Positions 49,668-56,694 of a DNA stretch of 56,694 bases are shown in pieces. The notes beneath the pieces are model-generated. The model was not told the DNA's origin. It saw only the letters and a program-made list of their open reading frames with translations, and searched no databases. Origin of the DNA: a virus (lineage: Duplodnaviria; Caudoviricetes); the IMG/VR virus record IMGVR_UViG_3300021375_000032, positions 1-56,694 of that record. One strand, given 5' to 3'. How positions within the stretch are numbered: the first letter of the stretch is position 1; each line of letters opens with the position of its first letter. Both the position numbers and the translations under genes were made by a program.

Positions 49668-50040
49668 GGTTGGCGGGCTAGTTCGAAAATACCGCTGTGG
49701 AAAAAGCTACCGTATAGGAGCACACGTAACATACTGATCGACTCCCCAGAGGGAGGAAGCCATCAAACAAATTGGGCTCACAGGTTGGTATAGATAGATT
49801 GTTGGCTGTCGAAAAACTGCACATTACACATAAAAACTCTTTAGCAACAGGAACGAAGCGAGAGGTAGTTGGAAACAACGATGTCGACGTAGGTTGGGAA
49901 AGGTCAGAGCCCATTGTGTAGCAGTATAACAAACACCTACTTCCAATGTCTATGGCTGGATAAGACTCACATGAAGTTATATCTTTTTAGACGACGGGGC
50001 CGTAACAGGTTCCGTCTGACTGAAACAATCTACATGAAAT
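49668..50040 (+). ncRNA. Candidate large structured non-coding RNA of unknown family
   Basis: No credible ORF; visibly GC-richer than its flanks; several local hairpins and at least five long-range complementary pairs, several mutually crossing (see findings). Boundaries and strand are inferred. Confidence 0.6.
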
Positions 50041-50045
50041 TAATA

Positions 50046-50152
50046 CAATATTACATTCGTAATATTGCTTGTTCATATATAAATCATTTAATTAAAACGA
50101 AGTATATGTAGTTTGAGCGTTAGCGAAAACTAATATCTACGAAGTAGATATT
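50046..50152. repeat. Cluster of perfect inverted repeats/hairpins
   Basis: caatattac-attc-gtaatattg (50046-50067); tagttt...aaacta (50109-50132); aatatctac-gaa-gtagatatt (50132-50152). Confidence 0.8.
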
Positions 50153-50160
50153 CAAACAGT

Positions 50161-50170
50161 TAAATAAATA
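50161..50170 (+). promoter_or_regulatory. Late promoter-like TAAATAAATA
   Basis: ~25 nt upstream of the 50196 start, followed by an AAGGA RBS. Confidence 0.6.
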
Positions 50171-50195
50171 CATTACAGTATTAAGGAATACCACG

Positions 50196-50744
50196 ATGAA
50201 AATGAATGACTTACTTGTTGAATCACAGCTTGATGAATTTATACCTCTGACTAAACAAGGCAGAGCTATTAAGAGAGCTGAGAAAGCAGGTGCTGCTGAT
50301 TTAAAGCAAACAGTGCAAGACTTAACAACTGAATTTGCAAGTATGTTAGGGACTCAAGGCAAGAAATTTAAAACTGCAACTACTGATGATGTTATTCAAT
50401 TTTTACAATCTAAAAAAGTAGACACTAAAAAAATTGATGCTAAACAGCCTATGGATTCAAAAAGAATTCAAACAATCTTTACTACGTTAGTTAAAGATAA
50501 AATGGGTGGTAAGAATGTTGCAGGCGCTGCTGATAAAGCTGAACAGCCGGCAACTGATCCTAAAGTATTAAAGACTGTGTATGCTCAAACTAAAGATGCG
50601 TTTGCTCAACTTAATATGAAAGAGAAAAGACGTTTACTTGCTGCTCTTGAAAAAGACATTTCTGCTAACGCTAGAAAGCCAGCAGCTAAAGCGCAACCTG
50701 CTCCGTCATCAAAGCCAAGAGTAAGAATAAAGCCACAAGCTTAA
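50196..50744 (+). CDS. Hypothetical Lys/Ala-rich protein
   Basis: 182 aa with RBS and late-like promoter; MKMNDLLVE-type N-terminus. Confidence 0.75.
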   Translation: MKMNDLLVESQLDEFIPLTKQGRAIKRAEKAGAADLKQTVQDLTTEFASMLGTQGKKFKTATTDDVIQFLQSKKVDTKKIDAKQPMDSKRIQTIFTTLVKDKMGGKNVAGAADKAEQPATDPKVLKTVYAQTKDAFAQLNMKEKRRLLAALEKDISANARKPAAKAQPAPSSKPRVRIKPQA

Positions 50745-50947
50745 AAGAATGGCATCTGAGTTTTCTTAGTTGTTTCTAAGTTGTCTTTGATAATGTCATT
50801 GATCAACTGCCGATCTTCGAAAGATAGACAAAATCCTTCGTCTAGTGTTATGCCGCCACGCATATACCAACAAAGTCTCATTATTTCTGATTTAAGTTCT
50901 TTTTGTTGATTTTCGTAGTTTTTAACTTCTTGTAGGATCTCAGCCAC
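50741..50947 (-). CDS. Small baseplate/tail assembly ORF (gp51-like position); probably the -1 frameshift extension of the upstream gene
   Basis: LCWYMRGG.......LS.EDR..I..II..N. The frame stays open back to the slippery site, and its GTG start is buried in a hairpin. Confidence 0.65.
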   Translation of the reverse strand: MAEILQEVKNYENQQKELKSEIMRLCWYMRGGITLDEGFCLSFEDRQLINDIIKDNLETTKKTQMPFF

Positions 50948-50977
50948 TGGCCAAGCTAAGATCCTTATTCGAAAAAA
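50935..50977 (-). other. Programmed -1 ribosomal frameshift signal
   Basis: T TTT TTC heptamer (50977-50971), 6-nt spacer GAATAA, then a 10-bp stem GGATCTTAGC/GCTGAGATCC (50964-50935). Confidence 0.75.
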
Positions 50978-51846
50978 TTTGATTGATCAAATGTTACTGG
51001 TACTTCCCACTCTTCTGGAACGCCAGCGGCAACATCTTCCTCATTACTTTTTACTTTAATAGGCTCAATTGCAAACTTTTTACGTTGTTGTTCTAAATGG
51101 TCAGTTATACCTTTAAAAAATTCTTTATCAACATTATCAACAAATTCTTCAATGTGAGATTGAGATGTTACTTCGTCGTCGCCTATTTGGATTTTAGCAA
51201 TACTTTTACTCAACATATTTACAGTTAGGTCTGTAAGCTTTTTAAAGCTTTCGCTAAACCTACTAAGTTTTTCTGAGTCATCCATATTATCGTCATTAAC
51301 TAAACTAAAGATACGTTGCTCTTCAAAAGTTTTTAAATTGCTATCGGTAAATTCTTTGTAGCTGAGAGGCTTTAACTCTACGTTAATATCATTTAACTTT
51401 AATATATTTTCGTATTCTGGAGTTACAAGTTTATTTAAAATTTGTCTTAGATCTACACTAAATTCTCTTTCTTCACCAAGAACAGGAACTCTTGTAGTAA
51501 TATCTAATTTTTCACCATACGTAGCAATTCTTATTGCTACAAGACAAGCGTCTAGGTCAACACTAGGCATAAGCCACGGGTTAGTAATATTTGGAATACA
51601 ACTTTTAATAACATCGACTGTTGCTTGACCATTAAGTAAAGCATCTGGAGTTTTAATAATTAATTCATCCTTTGCTGTCATTGCAAACACTGGTAATTCG
51701 CCAGTTTCTGGCATATTTAATACACCTTCTGGATAAAATTTTCCACGTGAAGGCAGTGTAATGTACACTTTAGGTTGACGAAAATATTTACGCAAAGGAT
51801 TTTGCTCAATATTAGTGTTAAATTCCGCAGGGTTAAATTCTGGCAT
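50965..51846 (-). CDS. gp26: Baseplate hub assembly protein / tail assembly chaperone (T4 gp26-like)
   Basis: P.VYITLPS.G, MTAKDE, D.DA.LVAIR.ATYGE, L.PL.Y and terminal NFF are gp26-like; GGAG RBS. Confidence 0.7.
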   Translation of the reverse strand: MPEFNPAEFNTNIEQNPLRKYFRQPKVYITLPSRGKFYPEGVLNMPETGELPVFAMTAKDELIIKTPDALLNGQATVDVIKSCIPNITNPWLMPSVDLDACLVAIRIATYGEKLDITTRVPVLGEEREFSVDLRQILNKLVTPEYENILKLNDINVELKPLSYKEFTDSNLKTFEEQRIFSLVNDDNMDDSEKLSRFSESFKKLTDLTVNMLSKSIAKIQIGDDEVTSQSHIEEFVDNVDKEFFKGITDHLEQQRKKFAIEPIKVKSNEEDVAAGVPEEWEVPVTFDQSNFFE

Positions 51847-51857
51847 GATGCTCTCCG

Positions 51858-51897
51858 TATAAATACAATGTATAAGTATGTATCTATCTTATTTATA
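51858..51897. promoter_or_regulatory. Two face-to-face T4-consensus late promoters TATAAATA
   Basis: Plus strand 51858-51865 and minus strand 51897-51890, between the divergent gp26-like and tape-measure genes. Confidence 0.75.
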
Positions 51898-51923
51898 TGC
51901 GCACATAACTTAGGGATTAAATA

Positions 51924-54587
51924 GTGGCTGAAGAAGTAAACATTGGTAATGTAGGTGGTGAAGGAGTTGCAAGTGAAGTAACTCTTGCCAATCTATTAAG
52001 TGTCACAGAAAAGATGGCAAGAAAAGCCGGCATTGATCCTAAAGATGTTAACAAAAAACTCAAAGCACTGAGTACGGCAACAGAAGATACTATTAAAGTT
52101 AGTACAAAACACAGGGATGCCCAAAAGAAGAATACCAAAACACTAAATGTAGCTACTAGCGCACTCAAGAAACTCAGCAGCGCAGCAGGCGGAGCACTAT
52201 TGTCAACGTTTGGTGCTCTTGCAAGAAGTGGCACTGAAATGACTAGAGCGTTCATCAACGGTGAAACTTCGATGACTGCATTTGCAAGTCAATTGCCGCT
52301 GATAGGAAACCAGCTTGGTATTCTAACCGGATTGTTTGATAATACGTTTACTGCATTTCAAAATGTTGCCCAGGCGGGTGCTGCATTCAACAACAGTCTT
52401 GTTGAACTAAGAAATACAGCCGCAGGCGCTATGATGCCATTAGACGAGTTTACTTCGATGGTGGTTGCAAATAGTGAAAAACTTGCAGCATTTGGTGGCA
52501 CAGCAACGCAAGGTGCTCAGCAAATGGTCAAGCTCAATAAAGCTCTTGGTTCAAATAGAACTGACTTGCTGAATATGGGTTTAAACTTCCAAGATATAAA
52601 CGAAGCGTTGATCGATTACCAATATCTAACACGAGCTGGTAGTAGAACCGAACGAGGACAACAGCAGTCTGCTAAACAACAAGCGGCAGCCGCAGCTGGG
52701 TACACCAAAAACTTGTTGACTCTTGCTAAACTAACAGGTCAAGATGTCAAAAGTCAACAAGAAAAGATTGCAGTAGCGCAAATGGATATTGCAATGCAAA
52801 AGAAGCTTGCTACTCTGACTGAAGATGAACGTGATAAGTTCAATCTACTAATGGCAGATGCACAATCTGCCGGTCCAGATGCAGTAAGAGCATTACAACA
52901 ACAATTTTTAAACATGCCGCCTCTAACTGAAGGTATGGCTCTGTATCAATCACAATTCGGCGAAGCGTTCAATGTATTTGGCCAAGGTCTTGATGCAGTG
53001 TATGATAAAAATGTCAAAACTGCTGATTTTGAACAACAGTCATTAGACAGACAGCTTGCTGTTATGCAAGGTATGGATGCTGCCTCTGCTAGACTTGGCA
53101 CACTACTTGAAGTTGCTGCTGCTGGCGGAGAAGGTTTACCAGCTACACTAAATGAAATTTTTGCTAATTCAGGATTAAAAATGGACGCTTATCTAGACGA
53201 ACGAGGACGTCTAGATGTAGCAGCAGCACAAGCAGGTATGGATGCCGCAGCCGCCGAAGCAGCCGCCCGTGCCGCCGAAACAAAAATTATGGCAGATTTC
53301 TATTCAACAATAACACAGATGCAATCAGCATTTCAAACCAGCATTATTACTCCTCTGATGGAAGCAGTTACACCTGCATTAAGTGCATTGGTCGAAGCTA
53401 TACGCGGACCAGTTGACGAAGCTGGCGAACCGTTAGGTGAAAGTGGATTTATGTCTGCAATTACAAAAGTAGGCGATTATATAAACAATACACTTGCTCC
53501 TGGTATACTTGAGTTTATTAACAACCTTAAAGATCCATCTAAAAATCCGCTTGATGTTATATCTGGAGTGATAAAAGATTTCTTCTTAGGTACAGAAATA
53601 CAAGGGCCACTTATGCCTGGACAAGAAAGAGATCGCTCAGGAGGCCTTATCGAAACTGCAATAGTTCCACTATTATCAGCTGCTGGAGATGCTATAGTTG
53701 AAGGTGTAAAAGCCTGGTGGAGTGACCAAAGTCTCTTTACACAAACAATGATAGCAGGCGCAGCAGCTCTATTTGTTGCAGGCGGCCCACTTTCTGCTGC
53801 TATGGTTGCTGGTGCATCGGCAGCATTTGGCGCAGCAAGAAATGCAATGAGACCTTCTACAACTACTGCACCGGGACCAACTGTAGGCCGAGATCCTAAA
53901 ACTGGAAGATTTACACGATTACCAGACGCAGGCGGAAGTAAATTAGGCAGACTTGCTCGGTTAGCAGGCCGTGGCGCAAAATTTATTCCAGGTGTTGGAC
54001 TTATTGCTGCTGGTGCAATGGGTGCGTTTGATGCAGTATCAGGATTCAATGCTGATCCAAATGCAAGCATGGGCGAAAGTTTTGGAAACGCTGGTAGTAG
54101 TGTAATAAACGGATTAACATTTGGGTTACTAGGACGTAGTCCAGATGAAATTGCTGCTGATGCTGCCAACGGTAACGCTAATTCTAATGGTGCAACACCT
54201 CTTTCAACAGCAGAATTAGCAACCGTTAATAATCCTACACTACAAGACAACATAGACGCACTAAAATCACTTGACGTATCGTCAGTTAGAAACTATACTG
54301 AAGCAGTAGAAGGATTAGTCGAAGCTCTAAACAAGTTAAACGAAGAGTTGTCTCAAGATAATGATACAACGTTTACAAGTAGAGCAGACGCAGGAGAGCT
54401 TTTAAGTGGCATTAGTGCATCCACAAGCGGTACAAGTCAGAGCACAGAACAGTTAAATAACACTATGCATCAGGTCCTAGTATTATTAAGAGAGATGCGT
54501 GACATTGATATAGGTGTTGAACGCAATACAAGAAATATAGTAGGAAGCAATTTAGCCCGAGGCAATGTAAGTAGTGTTGGACGTTAA
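51924..54587 (+). CDS. Putative tail tape measure protein
   Basis: 887 aa, Ala/Gln-rich and helical, with hydrophobic Gly/Ala segments near the C-terminus (GAKFIPGVGLIAAG, GLTFGLLG); adjacent to the chaperone-like gene. Confidence 0.65.
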   Translation: MAEEVNIGNVGGEGVASEVTLANLLSVTEKMARKAGIDPKDVNKKLKALSTATEDTIKVSTKHRDAQKKNTKTLNVATSALKKLSSAAGGALLSTFGALARSGTEMTRAFINGETSMTAFASQLPLIGNQLGILTGLFDNTFTAFQNVAQAGAAFNNSLVELRNTAAGAMMPLDEFTSMVVANSEKLAAFGGTATQGAQQMVKLNKALGSNRTDLLNMGLNFQDINEALIDYQYLTRAGSRTERGQQQSAKQQAAAAAGYTKNLLTLAKLTGQDVKSQQEKIAVAQMDIAMQKKLATLTEDERDKFNLLMADAQSAGPDAVRALQQQFLNMPPLTEGMALYQSQFGEAFNVFGQGLDAVYDKNVKTADFEQQSLDRQLAVMQGMDAASARLGTLLEVAAAGGEGLPATLNEIFANSGLKMDAYLDERGRLDVAAAQAGMDAAAAEAAARAAETKIMADFYSTITQMQSAFQTSIITPLMEAVTPALSALVEAIRGPVDEAGEPLGESGFMSAITKVGDYINNTLAPGILEFINNLKDPSKNPLDVISGVIKDFFLGTEIQGPLMPGQERDRSGGLIETAIVPLLSAAGDAIVEGVKAWWSDQSLFTQTMIAGAAALFVAGGPLSAAMVAGASAAFGAARNAMRPSTTTAPGPTVGRDPKTGRFTRLPDAGGSKLGRLARLAGRGAKFIPGVGLIAAGAMGAFDAVSGFNADPNASMGESFGNAGSSVINGLTFGLLGRSPDEIAADAANGNANSNGATPLSTAELATVNNPTLQDNIDALKSLDVSSVRNYTEAVEGLVEALNKLNEELSQDNDTTFTSRADAGELLSGISASTSGTSQSTEQLNNTMHQVLVLLREMRDIDIGVERNTRNIVGSNLARGNVSSVGR

Positions 54588-54596
54588 GGAAAATAA

Positions 54597-56363
54597 ATGA
54601 GTTGGAAAAAATATTTTACTCCAGTACCCACAGGAGATAATCAAAACGGTAGCTATTCGCCGCTGACCAGTCGAGGTAATGGTAATATGGCTGGCCCTGC
54701 TCGCTCTAATTATTCAAGTTATTTGCCTGATGTTTATGTAGGCTCTCCTAATCGTGTTGAACGCTACGGACAATACAATACTATGGATCAAGACAGTGAA
54801 GTTAATGCTGCACTTGATATTCTTGCTGAATTTTGCACACAAAAGAATAAACAAAACAATACTCCGTTCCTTGTAGACTACAGAGGCAAAACTGCAACTA
54901 ATAGTGAGATTACTATTATTGGGCAGTATTTGCAACAGTGGAATAAACTACAACACTTTGAAACAAAGATATTTAGAATATTACGCAACGTATTTAAAAT
55001 GGGAGATCAGTTCTTCTTACGAGATCCAGAAACTAAAAAATGGTTTCATGTTGATCCTGCAAACGTAACACGAATTATTGTAAACGAATCAGAAGGTAAA
55101 ATTCCTGAGCAATATGTTATTAGAAATGTAAACTTTAATTTTAAAGACGGCATTGCAACAACTCCATATGTAAACAACGGCAACATGAGCCCTGCAGGCG
55201 GCGGACAGTATAGTAGTTCAAGCACAGTAGGCGGAGGCGGAGCCAAAGGTATGGTAGGTCCGCAGTCTAGTATGAGCGGATCAAGATTTACAACTGATGA
55301 TAGTGAATTTACAGTTGATGCCGATCACGTTGTGCATTTAAGTCTAAGTGAAGGTTTAGATAACAATTATCCATTTGGTAATTCATTACTTGAAACTATT
55401 TTTAAAGTTTACAAACAAAAAGAATTACTTGAAGATGCGATTATTATCTATCGAGTACAACGTGCGCCTGAGCGCAGAGTATTCTACGTTGATGTGGGTA
55501 ACATGCCAAGTCACCTTGCTATGCAATTTGTCGAGCGTGTCAAAACGGAAATACATCAAAGACGTATCCCATCGTCAACAGGGGGCGGCCAAAATGTTAT
55601 AGACAGTTCATATAACCCCTTGTCAATCAACGAAGACTACTTCTTCCCTCAAACAGCAGAAGGTAGAGGTTCTAAAGTTGAAACACTTCCAGGCGGTACA
55701 AACTTAGGAGAGATTGATGACCTTAGATACTTTACTAATAAGTTGGTACGCGGCTTACGTATCCCAAGTTCGTACTTACCAACTGGAGCAGATGATTCAG
55801 CTTCGCAATATAATGATGGCAGAGTGGGAACAGCTTATATCCAAGAGCTACGCTTTAATACCTATTGTGAACGTTTGCAAAACTTAGTTGTTGAAGAGTT
55901 TGACACAGAGTTTAAACGCTACTTACTCGAAAAAGGTGTAAACATTGACACTGCAATGTTTGATCTTAAATTTCAACCACCGCAAAACTTTGCAAGTTAT
56001 AGACAAGCTGAAATTGATAATGCTCGTGTACCAACATACACACAGATGAGTGCTATTCCTTATATTTCAAATCGCTTTGCAATGCAACGCTTCTTAGGAT
56101 TGTCAGAAGAAGAACTTGCAGAGAACGAACGTCTATGGCGCGAAGAAAACGAAGAAAATCTTGAGCCAATTCCAGGAGATGCAAATTCAGAAATGCGCGA
56201 CGCAGGAATTAGTAGTGCAGGAATTGCAGATGACTTAGGCGGAATAGAGGATGAAGCACCTGAAGGTGCTGGCGGCGAAGACGGCGGTGACGGAACAGCA
56301 CCTGACACTGTTACAGGACAAGAGCTAGGAGCTCCGGCACCAGGAACTGAACAAACGATATAA
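54597..56363 (+). CDS. gp20: Portal vertex protein (T4 gp20-like)
   Basis: LEDAIIIYRVQRAPERRVFYVDVGNMP, EDYFFP...GRGSKVETLPGG.NLGEIDD..YF..KL..GL.IP and ELRF; acidic tail. Confidence 0.95.
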   Translation: MSWKKYFTPVPTGDNQNGSYSPLTSRGNGNMAGPARSNYSSYLPDVYVGSPNRVERYGQYNTMDQDSEVNAALDILAEFCTQKNKQNNTPFLVDYRGKTATNSEITIIGQYLQQWNKLQHFETKIFRILRNVFKMGDQFFLRDPETKKWFHVDPANVTRIIVNESEGKIPEQYVIRNVNFNFKDGIATTPYVNNGNMSPAGGGQYSSSSTVGGGGAKGMVGPQSSMSGSRFTTDDSEFTVDADHVVHLSLSEGLDNNYPFGNSLLETIFKVYKQKELLEDAIIIYRVQRAPERRVFYVDVGNMPSHLAMQFVERVKTEIHQRRIPSSTGGGQNVIDSSYNPLSINEDYFFPQTAEGRGSKVETLPGGTNLGEIDDLRYFTNKLVRGLRIPSSYLPTGADDSASQYNDGRVGTAYIQELRFNTYCERLQNLVVEEFDTEFKRYLLEKGVNIDTAMFDLKFQPPQNFASYRQAEIDNARVPTYTQMSAIPYISNRFAMQRFLGLSEEELAENERLWREENEENLEPIPGDANSEMRDAGISSAGIADDLGGIEDEAPEGAGGEDGGDGTAPDTVTGQELGAPAPGTEQTI

Positions 56364-56366
56364 ATA
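56359..56366 (+). promoter_or_regulatory. Late promoter TATAAATA 4 nt before the ATG (leaderless)
   Basis: TATAAATA-CAAT-ATG, overlapping the portal stop. Confidence 0.65.
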
Positions 56367-56370
56367 CAAT

Positions 56371-56619
56371 ATGATACTTAGAGAATTATTTTATCACGAC
56401 CCGGAAACTGTTGACTCTGTAGAAGACAAACGCTACGAGGCAGACTATGATGACTCGCCTATGAAAAAAGACGATACTCGCAAAACACGGTTAACTCTAA
56501 GCCAAATCAATAGAATCCGCAAAGCATCTGAGCTACATACAGAAGAAAAGCGTAAAGAACAAGAGTTCGTAAAGCAAATGTATGGATTAGCAGCAAACGC
56601 AGAAGCTGGCGGAGTTTAA
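56371..56619 (+). CDS. Hypothetical protein downstream of the portal (possible head assembly protein)
   Basis: 82 aa; DTRKTRLTL.QIN.IRK...QMYG. Confidence 0.75.
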   Translation: MILRELFYHDPETVDSVEDKRYEADYDDSPMKKDDTRKTRLTLSQINRIRKASELHTEEKRKEQEFVKQMYGLAANAEAGGV

Positions 56620-56622
56620 TTA

Positions 56623-56694
56623 TTGAAAAAAACAGCATTTGTGCTAGGCAATGGCACTAGCAGAAAATCAATCGATTTAAATCAACTAAAAGAA
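56623..56694 (+). CDS. Partial ORF with GNGxS nucleotide-binding start (sialyltransferase/MptE-like fold possible)
   Basis: TTG start after GGAG; MKKTAFVLGNGTSRKSIDLNQLKE, then runs off the window. Confidence 0.5.
   Translation, partial: MKKTAFVLGNGTSRKSIDLNQLKE

Noticed and set aside
49750-49960. RNase P RNA or group I intron identity for the structured region
   Set aside because: GAGGAAGCC only loosely resembles the RNase P GAGGAAAGUCC, the 3' conserved motif was not found, and there are no interrupted exons or clear P7 consensus. A covariance search is still needed.
49996-50016. GGGGCCGTAACAGGTTCCG resembles a tmRNA 5' end
   Set aside because: It lacks the TTCGAC that follows in tmRNA, there is no T-arm/CCA acceptor partner nearby, and the segment is fully explained as a local hairpin.
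49678-50111. ORFs 49678..49932 (-) and 49914..50111 (+)
   Set aside because: Short, no RBS, atypical composition; better explained as chance ORFs in a structured non-coding region.
53477-54253. 258-aa antisense ORF inside the tape-measure gene
   Set aside because: Shadow of Ala/Gly-rich sense codons; no RBS or motifs.
1-56694. Stop-codon reassignment, as in some jumbo phages
   Set aside because: Standard code gives dense full-length ORFs including a 15.4-kb one, and TAA, TGA and TAG all serve as stops.

Overview
Fragment of a large, AT-rich, T4-related (jumbo-type) myovirus genome using the standard genetic code. Left to right it contains: (i) an ~8.5 kb minus-strand enzyme operon (3 radical-SAM proteins, 4 glycosyltransferase-like proteins in two paralog pairs, an SGNH-fold protein, 2 unknowns) behind its own sigma70-type promoter; (ii) a ~36.6 kb minus-strand tail/baseplate region (tail-fibre-like paralogs, a 5134-aa structural protein, and gp6-, gp25-, gp5-, gp53- and gp48/54-like genes); (iii) plus-strand gp55-like late sigma factor, gp47/gp46 recombination nuclease and a short GIY-YIG nuclease; (iv) a ~370-nt non-coding, apparently multi-pseudoknotted RNA-like element directly after the GIY-YIG stop codon, followed by perfect hairpins; (v) a gp26-like gene with a textbook -1 frameshift signal that fuses it to the next ORF; (vi) tape-measure-like and portal genes. 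Two promoter classes are visible: TTGACA-17-TATAAT/TATACT and a T4-late-like (A)TAAATA. No tRNA, rRNA, CRISPR array or IS element was seen. Best candidates for new biology: the GIY-YIG + structured RNA pair, the programmed frameshift, and the radical-SAM/glycosyltransferase operon. All product calls come from motif recognition by eye; no searches or folding programs were run.
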